Assembly: GCA_902806235.1 (NCBI GenBank)
Contig: CADCVW010000106.1
Coordinates: 43,102-107,101, forward strand
Length of the DNA stretch: 64,000 nucleotides
Origin: an uncultured Sphingomonadaceae bacterium
GTDB lineage: Bacteria; Pseudomonadota; Alphaproteobacteria; Sphingomonadales; Sphingomonadaceae
Direction: 5' to 3'
Part shown: positions 1-9,779 of the stretch, in pieces
Position numbering within the stretch: position 1 is the first letter of the stretch
Layout of the letters: every line of letters starts with the position of its first letter
Notes under the pieces: generated by a model
The model's input: the letters and a program-made list of their open reading frames with translations, nothing else
Databases searched by the model: none
What the model was told of the DNA's origin: nothing
Translations under genes and position numbers: made by a program

Positions 1-825
1 CCCGGCGAACATCTGGTAGAGCGCTTCCGACGCCGCCCCGAGCGGCACGCTCGCGTCCGAGCCCTGCGCCGCTTCCAGCGCGAGCTTCAGGTCCTTGAGC
101 ATCAGCGTGGTGGCGAAGCCGCCCTCGTAGTCGCGGTTCGACGGCGCGGCCGGGACCGGGCCGGGGATAGGGCAGTAGCTCGTCATCGACCAGTTCTGCC
201 CCGACGCCTTGGAGCTGATGTCGAAGAAAGTCTGCGGATCAAGCCCGAGCCGCTGGGCGAGGTTGAACGCTTCGCACGTGCCGATCATGCCGATCGCCAA
301 GGCCATGTTGTTGCACAATTTCGCCGCCTGTCCCGCCCCGGCCTCGCCGGCGTGGATCACCGCGCGGCCCATCTTGTCGAGAATCAGCCTCGCCCGCGCG
401 AAACCGTCGGCCGTGCCGCCGACCATGAAGGTCAAGGTGCCCGCGTCGGCGGCCGCCGTGCCGCCGGAGACGGGCGCGTCAACCATGGCGAAGCCGCGGC
501 GCTCCGCCTCAGCGGCCACGCTCTTGGCGGTCGCGATGTCGATGGTGGAGCAGTCTATCAGCACCGCCGCTTGCAGAGCTTCGTCGAACACGGTCGAGCG
601 GTAGACTTCGGCGACGTGGCGACCGGCGGGGAGCATGGTAACCACGGCGTCCGCGCCGCGCACCGCCTCCGCAGCCGAGCCCGCACGTCGGCACCCGCCC
701 GCGACTACCCGCTCGAGTGCGGCGTGGGCGAGGTCGAAGGCGCGGACCTCGTGGCCCGCGCGGGCGAGGTTCAGCGCCATACCACCGCCCATGTGGCCGA
801 CGCCGATGAATGCAATGCTGGTCAT
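1..825 (-). CDS. mmsB: 3-hydroxyisobutyrate dehydrogenase (3' end runs off the window)
   Basis: Reverse translation from the ATG at 825 reads MTSIAFIGVGHMGGGMALNLARAGHEV...DAPVSGG...KLCNNM..., typical of MmsB. It is absent from the ORF track because it has no stop in the window. Its start overlaps the stop of the upstream ORF (ATGA). Confidence 0.85.
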   Translation of the reverse strand, partial: MTSIAFIGVGHMGGGMALNLARAGHEVRAFDLAHAALERVVAGGCRRAGSAAEAVRGADAVVTMLPAGRHVAEVYRSTVFDEALQAAVLIDCSTIDIATAKSVAAEAERRGFAMVDAPVSGGTAAADAGTLTFMVGGTADGFARARLILDKMGRAVIHAGEAGAGQAAKLCNNMALAIGMIGTCEAFNLAQRLGLDPQTFFDISSKASGQNWSMTSYCPIPGPVPAAPSNRDYEGGFATTLMLKDLKLALEAAQGSDASVPLGAASEALYQMFAG

Positions 826-1172
826 GAGGGTCGTCCCGCGCGCTGGCTGCCGAGCAGCGTGGCAGCGATGTCGCCGCGGTGCCGGAAGCTGAGAAAAAGG
901 AGATAGCCGGTCAGGAAGCCGCCACCGAAGAACAGGGCCAGCGCGGCGAGCAGCAGTCCCGCCGGCGAGAAATGATTGCGCCAAGTGGTCCACGTCGCCG
1001 ACAGCACGAGCAGCGTCAGGAAGTCGAAATCGAACTGACCGGGCCACCCCATCGAGGCGATGTCACCGAAGAAGATAGGGAGCAGGTTCAGTTCGTGCTC
1101 GGCGATGACCGGCGCGGTGTAAGCCATCAGCGTGATCAGCAGCGCGACGAAAAGAAGCCGAAACGTCGTCAT
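822..1172 (-). CDS. small integral membrane protein, function unknown
   Basis: 116-aa ORF with about three hydrophobic helices. It is packed between the enoyl-CoA hydratase and mmsB, with an ATGA overlap to the mmsB start. Confidence 0.5.
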   Translation of the reverse strand: MTTFRLLFVALLITLMAYTAPVIAEHELNLLPIFFGDIASMGWPGQFDFDFLTLLVLSATWTTWRNHFSPAGLLLAALALFFGGGFLTGYLLFLSFRHRGDIAATLLGSQRAGRPS

Positions 1173-1185
1173 CGTCCAGCGCGCC

Positions 1186-1959
1186 TCAACGGCCGGTCCA
1201 CTTCCCCGGCCGCTTCTCGACGAAGGCGGCCATGCCCTCCTTTTGGTCCTCCGTGCCGAACAGGCCGTGGAACAGGCGGCGCTCGAACAGCACGCCCTGC
1301 GCCAAGGTTGTCTCGAACGCCGCGTCGACCATCTCCTTGCACGCCATCGCGGCGAGCGGGGGCATGGCGGCGATCGCGGTCGCGACCTTCAGCGCTTCGG
1401 CGTCCAGCTCCGCCGCGGGTACGACGCGCGCGACGAGGCCGCTGCGCTCGGCTTCGGTCGCGTCCATCATCCGGCCGGTGAGGCACATTTCCATAGCCTT
1501 GGCCTTGCCCACCGCGCGGGCGAGCCGCTGCGAGCCGCCCATCCCTGGGGTGACGCCGAGCTTGATCTCCGGCTGGCCGAACTTGGCGGTGTCGGCGGCG
1601 ATGATGAAGTCAGCCATCATCGCGAGTTCGCACCCACCCCCCAAAGAGAAACCGGCGACCGCGGCGAACCACGGCTTGCGCGTGCGGGTGAGCGCGTCGA
1701 AGCCGCCGAAATAGTTGGCGGCGTACATCTCGGCGAAGCTCCGGTCAGCCATGTCCTTGATGTCCGCGCCGGCCGCGAAGGCGCGTTCGGAGCCGGTGAT
1801 GACTAGGCAGCGCTGCTCCGGATCCGCGTCGTAAGCAGCGTAAGCCAAGGTGAGTTCGGCGAGCACCTGCGGGTTGAGCGCGTTGAGCGCCCCCGGGCGG
1901 TTCAGTTGGATCAGCGTCACCGCGTCGCGACGCTCGACTAGGATCGTCTCGTAAGTCAT
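1186..1959 (-). CDS. enoyl-CoA hydratase (crotonase family)
   Basis: 257 aa. N-terminus is [29 protein letters not shown]. Crotonase motifs FAAGADI and GGGCELAM are present. Confidence 0.9.
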   Translation of the reverse strand: MTYETILVERRDAVTLIQLNRPGALNALNPQVLAELTLAYAAYDADPEQRCLVITGSERAFAAGADIKDMADRSFAEMYAANYFGGFDALTRTRKPWFAAVAGFSLGGGCELAMMADFIIAADTAKFGQPEIKLGVTPGMGGSQRLARAVGKAKAMEMCLTGRMMDATEAERSGLVARVVPAAELDAEALKVATAIAAMPPLAAMACKEMVDAAFETTLAQGVLFERRLFHGLFGTEDQKEGMAAFVEKRPGKWTGR

Positions 1960-1967
1960 TGGCGTTC

Positions 1968-3110
1968 CTACTGGCGGATCAGGTCGCGGCCGATGATCAT
2001 GCGCATGATCTCGTTGGTGCCTTCGAGAATGCGGTGGACGCGCAGGTCACGGAAGTAGCGCTCGATCGGATAGTCTTGGAGGTAGCCGTAGCCGCCATGG
2101 AGCTGGAGCGCGCGATCGACGACTGTCATCCCGTTGTCGGTCGCCAGCCGCTTGGCCATGGCGGCGAAGCGCGTCTTGTCCGGCGCGTTGTTCTGCACCT
2201 TCTCCGCCGCCGCGTAGAGCAGGATGCGCGCGGACTGGAGGTCCGTCTCCATGTCGGCCAGCGTGAATTGAGTGTTTTGGAAGTCGGCCACCGTCTGGCC
2301 GAACACCTTGCGCTGCTTGGTGTAATCGATCGCGAGATCGAGGCAGCGCTGCCCGCCGCCGAGCGAGCAGGCGCCGATGTTGAGCCGGCCGCCGTCCAGG
2401 CCCATCATCGCGATGCGGAATCCCTCGCCTTCCGCGCCGACGCGGTTCGCGACGGGCACCCGCACCTCGTCGAAATTGACCTGGGTGGTGGGCTGCGAGC
2501 GCCAGCCGAGCTTGCGCTCGTTCGCGCCGAAGGAGACGCCGGGCATGTCGTGCTCGATCACGAGGCACGAGATGCCCTTCGACCCGTCCTCGCCGGTGCG
2601 GACCATGGTGACGTAGAGGTCGTTCGCGCCGCCGCCGGAGATGAACGCTTTCGATCCGCTAACGACGTAGTCGTCGCCGTCGCGCACCGCCCGCGTCTTG
2701 AGCGCGGCGGCGTCCGAGCCAGAGCCGGGCTCGGTGAGCGCGTAGGAGGCGATGGTCTCCATAGTCACCATCCGCGGCAGGTAGCGCGCCTTGACCTCCG
2801 GCGAGCCGAAGCGGTCGACCATCCAGCTCGCCATGTTGTGGATGGAGATGAAGGCGGAGGTCGACGGGTCGCCGTAGGCCATTGCCTCCATCACCAGCGC
2901 CGCCTCGATCCGGCCGAGGCCGATGCCGCCCTGCTCCTCCGAAACGTAGATCGCGCCGAAGCCGAGCTCGCCCGCGGCGCGCAGTGCGTCGAGCGGAAAG
3001 ATGTGGTGCTCGTCCCATTCCGCGGCGTTGGGGGTGAGCACGTCGGCGGTGAAGCGGCGCGCGGCGTCCTGGATCGCGCGCTGATCGTCAGTGAGCTCGA
3101 ACTGGTTCAT
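1968..3110 (-). CDS. acyl-CoA dehydrogenase (isobutyryl-CoA dehydrogenase-like)
   Basis: 380 aa with [16 protein letters not shown] and QLHGGYGY motifs. Context with the enoyl-CoA hydratase and mmsB suggests valine catabolism. Confidence 0.9.
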   Translation of the reverse strand: MNQFELTDDQRAIQDAARRFTADVLTPNAAEWDEHHIFPLDALRAAGELGFGAIYVSEEQGGIGLGRIEAALVMEAMAYGDPSTSAFISIHNMASWMVDRFGSPEVKARYLPRMVTMETIASYALTEPGSGSDAAALKTRAVRDGDDYVVSGSKAFISGGGANDLYVTMVRTGEDGSKGISCLVIEHDMPGVSFGANERKLGWRSQPTTQVNFDEVRVPVANRVGAEGEGFRIAMMGLDGGRLNIGACSLGGGQRCLDLAIDYTKQRKVFGQTVADFQNTQFTLADMETDLQSARILLYAAAEKVQNNAPDKTRFAAMAKRLATDNGMTVVDRALQLHGGYGYLQDYPIERYFRDLRVHRILEGTNEIMRMIIGRDLIRQ

Positions 3111-3153
3111 GGGCGGGGCTTAGAAGCGCGCCGCGCGGCCTGCAACATGGGGA

Positions 3154-3230
3154 TGGTAGCGGAGGAGGGACTTGAACCCCCGACACGCGGATTATGATTC
3201 CGCTGCTCTAACCAGCTGAGCTACTCCGCC
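3154..3230 (-). tRNA. tRNA with CAU anticodon (elongator Met type; tRNA-Ile2/lysidine not excluded)
   Basis: Hand-folded cloverleaf: GGCGGAG acceptor (G1-U72), anticodon stem GCGGA/TCCGC with loop AUCAUAA, GGTTCAAGTCC T-arm, encoded CCA. It lacks the initiator hallmarks (no C1-A72 mismatch, no 3 G-C pairs in the anticodon stem). Confidence 0.85.
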
Positions 3231-3282
3231 CCGTGGGCCGGCGCGGCCTATATGGGCCCGCCCGCGCCCGGTCAACCGAAGG

Positions 3283-3720
3283 TCAGCGGGCGCGCCCGTC
3301 CAGCGATACCGCGTCCGTCCCGGCGCGGTGGACCAAGCCGAACCAGGCGGCGGGTGCGGCGAGCAGGAGGTGGAGCCACACGTCGTTGCCGTAGAGCGGC
3401 ACCAGCCCGAAGGTCGTGTGGACGTTGCCCGCCTCGATCAGCCCGAAGATCGCCAGGACGCCGTAGATGATCGCCACGGACTTCGCGTAGTTGCGCGCGC
3501 CGCTGACGCTGCGCGCCGCGAGCAGGCCGAGCACGCCGAAGAGCAGGTGGAAGATGTTGTGGAGCAGGTTCACTGGAAAGAGCCCGAGCTCCAGCCCGAG
3601 GAAGGATTTGAGCGCGACATCCGGGTGGTCGTGCGGCTGCGTTAGTCCGGGGATGAAGCCACCCGTGCCGATAACGAGGAAGATGATGCCCCAGATGCGG
3701 GCGAAGGTCCGGACGTTCAT
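3283..3720 (-). CDS. DUF4383-like membrane protein
   Basis: Four hydrophobic helices (WGIIFLVIGTGGFIPG..., NLLHNIFHLLFG...). The ATG at 3720 is preceded by GAGGAG at 8 nt. The GTG at 3747 used by the track is less likely. Confidence 0.6.
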   Translation of the reverse strand: MNVRTFARIWGIIFLVIGTGGFIPGLTQPHDHPDVALKSFLGLELGLFPVNLLHNIFHLLFGVLGLLAARSVSGARNYAKSVAIIYGVLAIFGLIEAGNVHTTFGLVPLYGNDVWLHLLLAAPAAWFGLVHRAGTDAVSLDGRAR

Positions 3721-3860
3721 GGCGTGCTCCTCGCGGTGCGCGTTCACAAAGCCGCGCCGGCGCGCGGGTTCCGGTTCCTCACCTGGATCAATCTCCGGGC
3801 GCGGGAACCCGGCGCGCGCGCCCGCCGTTAGCCCGCCCGACCGCCATTCGGAGCCGACAC

Positions 3861-4289
3861 ATGGACCTCCTCACCCCGCTCGAGAGCATCTGCCGCATCA
3901 TCATCCGCGCGCGCGAATATGAGGCGCAGGTGCCGACCGACTCCGGCGCGGAGGACCCGGACAGCCTGGATGACGTGGAGGAGGACGAGGGCGGCCCGCA
4001 CGCGATGAGCGTGCTCGACGACGACCTCAACACCGGCGTCGAGGAGGAGTTGCGGGCGATGTTCGACGAGCTCGCCGACGATCAGATCGCCGAGGTGCTC
4101 GCACTGTGCTGGGTCGGCCGCGGCACGTTCGACGCGTCGGAATGGGAGGACGCTTTTGCCGAGGCGTCCGACAACGACCCGGAGGACATCGCCGACCAGC
4201 TGATGGATATGGGGATGCTCGCCGGCTACCTCGATTCCGGTCTCGCCGCCTTCGACTATAGCTGCGAGGGCGTCGGCCAGATGAGCTGA
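3861..4289 (+). CDS. acidic DUF3775-like protein
   Basis: 142 aa, very acidic. The motif ...IAEVLALCWVGRGTF...EW... matches my recollection of DUF3775. Confidence 0.55.
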   Translation: MDLLTPLESICRIIIRAREYEAQVPTDSGAEDPDSLDDVEEDEGGPHAMSVLDDDLNTGVEEELRAMFDELADDQIAEVLALCWVGRGTFDASEWEDAFAEASDNDPEDIADQLMDMGMLAGYLDSGLAAFDYSCEGVGQMS

Positions 4290-4299
4290 GCGGCGGCGG

Positions 4300-4830
4300 T
4301 CAGCCCCGGAAGGCGAAGCGGCTCCGCAACGCCCAAGGACCGCCGAGATAGTTCCAGCTCGCCAGCCCGGCGACGCGGATGATCCGCGGCGCGAAGCCGG
4401 CCTGGAGCTCCGCTAGGGTCGCGCGCGCCTGCGCCGGCTCCACCTTGTTCTGCACGGTGACGTGAGGCCGCCACCCCTGCCGATCCTGCGGCAGGAGCAA
4501 TCCTTCGAGCGCGTCGGCGAGCTCGGCGCGGATCTCCTGCAGCTCCGGGCTTTCCACCTTAAGGGCGACGCCGCGCCCCAGGTTCATCAGCCCCGGCACG
4601 CGTGCGGCCGGCGCCGGGCGGCGGCACAGCGCGGCGAGGCGCCGGTCGAGCTCGTCGCCGGCCGACGGAGGAATGTGGTGGAACATCGTGAGGTGCGCGG
4701 CGAGCTGGTTGCGCTCGGGCGGGAAGTAGCGCCGCCGCAGCCCGTCGGCCCAGGCCTGGTCGGCGGGCCCGAGTTCGGCGGAGACGATGATCGGGCGCGG
4801 GGGCGCGGCGTGCGGGGTCTCCAGCGTCAG
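4300..4830 (-). CDS. 2H phosphoesterase / LigT-like family protein
   Basis: Two HxT motifs are present: HLTM just upstream of the first ATG (4686) and HVTV downstream. The true start must therefore lie upstream of the track ORF. The only candidates are CTG at 4830 (CTGA overlap with the kup stop) or CTG at 4824. Confidence 0.6.
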   Translation of the reverse strand: MTLETPHAAPPRPIIVSAELGPADQAWADGLRRRYFPPERNQLAAHLTMFHHIPPSAGDELDRRLAALCRRPAPAARVPGLMNLGRGVALKVESPELQEIRAELADALEGLLLPQDRQGWRPHVTVQNKVEPAQARATLAELQAGFAPRIIRVAGLASWNYLGGPWALRSRFAFRG

Positions 4831-6758
4831 ATCTCGACCTGGCTGCCGAGCTCGACCACGCGGTTCGGCGGCAGCTTAAAGAATTCCATCGCTGATTCCG
4901 CGTTGCGCAGCATCCAGGCGAACAGCCTTTCGCGCCACAAGGCCATGCCCGGGTAGCGCGCGGTAGCGAGCAGGGTCTGGCGGGCGAGGAAAAAGCTGGT
5001 GTTCATCATCCGGAACATGCCGCCGCACCTGTCGAGACGGGCGAGCGCGGCGGGGACGTCGGTCTCCTGCATGAAGCCGAAGCGCAGGATCACGCGGTAG
5101 AAGCCGTCGCCGAGTTCCGTCGTCTCCAGCTGGCGGTCCTCCGGGATCGTCGGCACGTCCTCGATCACGACTGTGAGCAGGACCACGCGCTCGTGCAGCA
5201 CCTTGTTGTGCTTGAGGTTGTGGAGCAGCGCGTGGGGCACGCCGTCGCGCGCGGTGGTCATGAAGACGGCGGTGCCCGGTACGCGGGCAGCGGAGCCCGT
5301 GGCGCTCTTGATGAACACGCCGATCGGGATGGAGGACTCGTGCAGCCGCTCCGTCATCAGCTTCCGCCCGCTCGCCCAAGTGGTGAGAAGGGTGAAGGCG
5401 ACGAAGCCGATCAGCAGCGGGAACCAGCCGCCGTCGGGCACCTTGGTCAGGTTCGCGGCCAAGTAAGCCCCGTCGACGATGAAGAAGAGCGCGAGCAACG
5501 GGATCGACAGCGCCTTGGGCCACTTCCAAAGCGAGAACAGGACCACGGCGAGCAGGAAGTTATCGATGAACATCGCCCCCGTCACCGCGATGCCGTAGGC
5601 GGCGGTGAGGTTGCTGGAGGTCTGGAAGGTGACCACGAGCAGGATCACCATCATCATCAGCGCCCAGTTGATCACCGGGATGTAGATCTGCCCGGCGGCC
5701 TTCTCGCTCGTGTGGGTAATGCGCAGCCGCGGGATGAAGCCGAGCTGGATCGCCTGCTGGGTGACAGAGAAGGCGCCGGTGATCACCGCTTGGCTGGCGA
5801 TCACGGTGGCGGCGGTGGCGAGCAGCACCAGCGGCAGGCGCAGCGCTTCGGGCGCGAGGAAAAAGAAGGGGCTCTCGATCGCCGCGGGCTCGTAGAGCAG
5901 CAGCGCACCCTGGCCAAGGTAGTTGAGCATCAGCGCGGGCATGACGAAGAACAGCCACGACACGCGGATCGGGTTGCGGCCGAAATGCCCCATGTCGGCG
6001 TAGAGCGCCTCCGCACCCGTGACCGCCAGCACCACGGAGCCGAGCGCGAGGAAAGCGGGCAGCGGATCGTCGAGGAAGAACAGCACCGCCCAGTGCGGGC
6101 TCAACGCGGCGAAGATCTCCGGATGCGCGGCGATGCTGATGACGCCAAGCACGGAGATCACCGCGAAATAGGTCAGCATCACCGGCCCGAACAGCGCGCC
6201 GACCTTGGCCGTGCCGCGCGACTGAATCGCGAACAAGGCGACCATGATGCCGACCGCGAGCGGGATCACAAAGGGGGTGAACGCCCTGGAGACGACCGAC
6301 AGCCCTTCGACCGCCGACAGCACGGACACGGCGGGGGTGATCATCGAATCGCCATAGAAGAGCGCGGTGGCGAACACGCCGAGCAGCACGATGCCCGAGG
6401 TCCAGCGCGCGCCCTCCGTCTTGCGGCTGATCAGCGCGAGCAGCGCGAGGCTGCCCCCTTCCCCCTTGTTATCGGCGCGCATGATGATGGTGACGTATTT
6501 CAGCGCCACCACAATCAGCATCGACCAGAAAACGAGCGATAGCACGCCGTAGATGTGCAGCTGATCGAGCGCGAGCGGGTGGTGGCCGGCGAAGGTTTCC
6601 CGGAAAGCGTAGAGCGGCGAGGTGCCGATGTCGCCGAAGACGATGCCGATCGCGCCGACCGCGAGCTTGAGCAGCGGGTCGGCCCCGTGCCCATGCCCGT
6701 GGGCTTGCTCCGCGGGGACGCCGGGCTGGGCCGTGCCATCCGCTTCGACGGTGCTCAT
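4827..6758 (-). CDS. kup: KUP-family potassium uptake transporter
   Basis: [15 protein letters not shown] signature, a polytopic N-terminal half and a cytoplasmic C-domain. The start is taken at MSTVEADG (ATG 6758) rather than the longer track ORF. Confidence 0.93.
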   Translation of the reverse strand: MSTVEADGTAQPGVPAEQAHGHGHGADPLLKLAVGAIGIVFGDIGTSPLYAFRETFAGHHPLALDQLHIYGVLSLVFWSMLIVVALKYVTIIMRADNKGEGGSLALLALISRKTEGARWTSGIVLLGVFATALFYGDSMITPAVSVLSAVEGLSVVSRAFTPFVIPLAVGIMVALFAIQSRGTAKVGALFGPVMLTYFAVISVLGVISIAAHPEIFAALSPHWAVLFFLDDPLPAFLALGSVVLAVTGAEALYADMGHFGRNPIRVSWLFFVMPALMLNYLGQGALLLYEPAAIESPFFFLAPEALRLPLVLLATAATVIASQAVITGAFSVTQQAIQLGFIPRLRITHTSEKAAGQIYIPVINWALMMMVILLVVTFQTSSNLTAAYGIAVTGAMFIDNFLLAVVLFSLWKWPKALSIPLLALFFIVDGAYLAANLTKVPDGGWFPLLIGFVAFTLLTTWASGRKLMTERLHESSIPIGVFIKSATGSAARVPGTAVFMTTARDGVPHALLHNLKHNKVLHERVVLLTVVIEDVPTIPEDRQLETTELGDGFYRVILRFGFMQETDVPAALARLDRCGGMFRMMNTSFFLARQTLLATARYPGMALWRERLFAWMLRNAESAMEFFKLPPNRVVELGSQVEI

Positions 6759-6932
6759 AGGCTGCGCTGGACCTTCGCCCCGGTGACGTCGTCCGCCCGG
6801 CGGGGGCTCCTGGGGCCGGGCGGGCGCGACTAGCATGGCGGGAACGGAGCCGCAACACGAAGGGCCGGCGGGCTTCCCACCCCCCGCCCCGCTGGCTATT
6901 GCCGGCCGCGACCATCCACCCGAGGATCATCC

Positions 6933-8033
6933 ATGCGCGTCGGCATCCCCAAGGAAATCAAGAACCACGAATACCGCGTCGGCCTAACGCCGTCCGCCGT
7001 CGCCGAACTGACCGCGGCGGGGCACGAGGTGGTGATGGAGACGGGCGCGGGGACAGGCATCGACTTCACCGACGAGGATTACACGGCGGCGGGCGCGACC
7101 GTGGCGCGCGACGCGGCCGAGGTGTTCGGCCGGTCGGACATGATCGTGAAGGTCAAGGAGCCGCAGCCCGACGAGATCGCCCGGCTAGAGCCGCGGCACA
7201 CCTTGTTCACTTACCTCCACCTCGCCGCCGACAAGCCGCAGGCGGAAGGGCTGATGAAGAGCGGGGCGACATGCATCGCCTATGAGACGGTGACCTCGCG
7301 CCGCGGCGCGCTGCCGCTGCTGCTGCCGATGTCGGAGGTGGCGGGGCGAATGTCGGTGCAGGTCGGCGCCCATTATCTGGAGAAGGGCCAGGGCGGGCGC
7401 GGCGTGCTGCTGGGCGGCGTGCCGGGCGTAGCCCCGGCGCGGGTGGCGATCCTCGGCGGCGGCGTATCCGGGCTGAACGCGGCGCAGATGGCGGTGGGCC
7501 TGCGCGCCGACGTGACTATCTACGACATCTCCAACGAGCGGCTGGCGGAGCTCGACACCTATTTCGGCAACCAGATCAAGACCGCCTACGCGTCGCGCGC
7601 GGCGATCGCGGCGGCCGTGTCGCGCGCGCATCTGGTGATCGGCGCGGTGCTGGTGCCGGGCGCGGCGGCGCCCAAGCTCGTCACGCGCGACATGCTGCGT
7701 ACCATGAAACGCGGCTCCGTGCTGGTCGACATCGCGATCGACCAAGGCGGCTGCTTCGAAACGTCGCACGCGACCACGCACGAGGACCCGGTATTCGAGG
7801 TCGACGGGGTGATCCATTATTGCGTCGCCAACATGCCCGGCGCGGTGGCGCGAACCTCTACCTTCGCGCTTAACAACGCGACCCTGCCGTTCGTGCTACG
7901 GCTGGCAAACATGGGCGCGGCCGACGCGATGGAGGCGGACGAGCACCTGGCGAATGGGCTTAACGTGTCCGGCGGGAAAATCCGCCACCCGGCGGTCGCG
8001 GAGGCGCTGGACTTGCCTTACGAAGCGGCGTGA
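6933..8033 (+). CDS. ald: alanine dehydrogenase
   Basis: 366 aa. N-terminus [20 protein letters not shown] and NAD motif ILGGGVSG. Confidence 0.93.
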   Translation: MRVGIPKEIKNHEYRVGLTPSAVAELTAAGHEVVMETGAGTGIDFTDEDYTAAGATVARDAAEVFGRSDMIVKVKEPQPDEIARLEPRHTLFTYLHLAADKPQAEGLMKSGATCIAYETVTSRRGALPLLLPMSEVAGRMSVQVGAHYLEKGQGGRGVLLGGVPGVAPARVAILGGGVSGLNAAQMAVGLRADVTIYDISNERLAELDTYFGNQIKTAYASRAAIAAAVSRAHLVIGAVLVPGAAAPKLVTRDMLRTMKRGSVLVDIAIDQGGCFETSHATTHEDPVFEVDGVIHYCVANMPGAVARTSTFALNNATLPFVLRLANMGAADAMEADEHLANGLNVSGGKIRHPAVAEALDLPYEAA

Positions 8034-8064
8034 CAGGGTCTCTAAGGTATATGACCCCTTCAAG

Positions 8065-8709
8065 TCAGGGCGCGATCGGCGGCGCGGCGCGCTCCAGCCG
8101 GCCGAGCAGCCCGAGCCGCCGTTCGAGCGTCGGGCGCCACGACGTGTCCCGCGGCGCGTCAGCGAGCAGCGCTTCCCATTCGCGCCGCGCGCCCGGCACG
8201 TCGCCGGCCCCGACGAGCGCGAGGCCCAGGAACCAGCGCGGCGCGGGCGAACTCGGGTCGAGCTGCTGCGCGCGCGCGAAGGCGAGGCGCGCGGCGGGCG
8301 TGACCAGCCCTTGCGCATGGGCGGTGAGCGCGTCGGCGAGGCCGAGCCACAGCACCGGGTCGCGCGGGTTCTGCCGAATGGCGGAGCGCAGCAAGGAGGT
8401 CGCCGCTTCCGTCTGGCCGATGCGGAGATAAGCGTCGGCGGTGATCAGCCACGGTTCGGCGGTCGAGAAGTTGCCGAACAGGATGCGCCGCTCGACGGTG
8501 AACGCGCGGTCCGCCGTGCCCGCGACCCGCGCGCGCGCGCTCTCGGGTGCGGCGCCGAGCCGGCCGGGGCTGCCCTGCCAAGCGTAGCCGGCGGCGGCGA
8601 GGGTGAGCGCGGCGGCAACTGCTAGGCGCAGCGACGGGTCGAGCCCGCCGAAGCGCCAGAGGGCGGCGACGGCAAGCGCGGCGAGCCCGAGGAGGATCAG
8701 CCAGCCCAT
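8065..8709 (-). CDS. TPR protein, CcmI/CycH-like (short form)
   Basis: N-terminal TM segments followed by TPR-like repeats. It lies directly downstream of ccmH. The ATG at 8709 has GGAG 6 nt upstream. Confidence 0.5.
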   Translation of the reverse strand: MGWLILLGLAALAVAALWRFGGLDPSLRLAVAAALTLAAAGYAWQGSPGRLGAAPESARARVAGTADRAFTVERRILFGNFSTAEPWLITADAYLRIGQTEAATSLLRSAIRQNPRDPVLWLGLADALTAHAQGLVTPAARLAFARAQQLDPSSPAPRWFLGLALVGAGDVPGARREWEALLADAPRDTSWRPTLERRLGLLGRLERAAPPIAP

Positions 8710-8748
8710 GGCCGGCTCCGGTCCAGCGACGGGCAATCCGCAATCATT

Positions 8749-8837
8749 CCCGTCAGCCCTGAGCCTGTTGAAAGGCGGGCCGCAAGTGCCGCCGTCGGTT
8801 CGTGTCGCTCGCCCTTCGACAAGCTCAGGGCTGACGG
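8749..8837. repeat. palindromic REP/MITE-like element, copy A
   Basis: The arms ccgtcagccctgagcctgttgaaagg and cccttcgacaagctcagggctgacgg are reverse complements (23/26). It lies between ccmH and the CcmI-like gene. Confidence 0.8.
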
Positions 8838-8859
8838 AGTTGGATGCACGGACAAGCTT

Positions 8860-9264
8860 CTACTTGCGCCGCCGCTTCAGCGTCCCGCGCGCGAGCAAGG
8901 CGCCCGCCGCCAGCAGCAGCAGCGGCGCGGCCCACAAGGGGGCACTCGCCGCCGACAGGCCCGGAGCGTAGCTCACCTGCTCGCCGTAGCGCTCGACTAA
9001 CCAAGCGCGCACCGCCGCCGGCTCCTCGCCCGCGGCGACCCGCTGGCGGACGAGCGCGCGCATGTCGCCGGCGAGCTCGGCGTCACTGTCAGCGATCGAC
9101 TGACCCTGGCAGACGACGCAGCGCAGCGTCTCCATGAGCGCCCGAGCCGCGCGCTCGCGCGCCGGGTCGGGAAGCTGCGTGTCGGCGAGCTCCGCCGGGG
9201 GCAGGTTCGATTGCGCCGCGGCGGGCGTGGCCAAGAGCAGCAGCAGGGCCGCGAGCGCCTTCAC
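8860..9264 (-). CDS. ccmH: cytochrome c-type biogenesis protein CcmH
   Basis: Signal peptide, LRCVVCQGQSIADS CxxC motif and a C-terminal TM segment. The GTG start at 9264 overlaps the ccmG stop (GTGA). The track ORF extending to 9564 is over-extended. Confidence 0.85.
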   Translation of the reverse strand: MKALAALLLLLATPAAAQSNLPPAELADTQLPDPARERAARALMETLRCVVCQGQSIADSDAELAGDMRALVRQRVAAGEEPAAVRAWLVERYGEQVSYAPGLSAASAPLWAAPLLLLAAGALLARGTLKRRRK

Positions 9265-9779
9265 TGCAGCGCCCGTGCCTGAGAGACGAGGTCGGGGACG
9301 TGCTCGGGCAGGATCGGCCCGACGTGGTGGGCGCGGATCAAACCCGCGCCGTCGACGAGGAAGGTTTCGGGGACGCCGGAGGAGCCGAGCGTGACCTGCA
9401 CATGGCTGATCGGGTCGCTGCCGATGAAGCGGAACGGGTCGCCGTGCTCCGCCAAGAAACGGCGGACGTCCTCCGGCCGGTCGCGGATCGCGACGGCGTC
9501 GATCGTCAGCCCGGCCTCGCGGAGCTGCAGCAGCTGCGGCGCTTCGGCGATGCAGGGGACGCACCAGCTGCCGAACAGGTTGACGAGCCGCGGCCCTTGC
9601 CCGCCGCCGGACGTCCCCGGGCGACTGGGCAGCATGGGCGGCAAGCTGAAGGCGGGCATCGGCTGGCCTACCAGCCGCGAGGGCGTGAGCGTCGCCGGCT
9701 CGCGCCGCAGCCCCATCATCGCCACGCCGACGAAGATCGCGAACAGCGCCAGGGGCGCCCAGAGCAGCCAGCGCCTCAC
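9261..9779 (-). CDS. ccmG: thiol:disulfide interchange protein CcmG/DsbE
   Basis: TM anchor plus WCVPC thioredoxin motif. The GTG start at 9779 overlaps the ccmF stop (GTGA). Confidence 0.9.
   Translation of the reverse strand: MRRWLLWAPLALFAIFVGVAMMGLRREPATLTPSRLVGQPMPAFSLPPMLPSRPGTSGGGQGPRLVNLFGSWCVPCIAEAPQLLQLREAGLTIDAVAIRDRPEDVRRFLAEHGDPFRFIGSDPISHVQVTLGSSGVPETFLVDGAGLIRAHHVGPILPEHVPDLVSQARALQ

Noticed and set aside
1959-3197. Very long ORFs antisense to, or frame-shifted against, obvious genes. Examples: 1959-3197(+), 5193-6542(+), 16866-18413(+), 50680-52077(-), 34438-35286 of the 687-aa ORF, and 33842-35392(-) upstream of residue MRSLRF.
   Set aside because: Their translations are Arg/Ala/Gly/Pro-rich with no motifs. 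They lie opposite or out of frame to genes with clear family signatures. This is the expected shadow-ORF effect in roughly 70% GC DNA.
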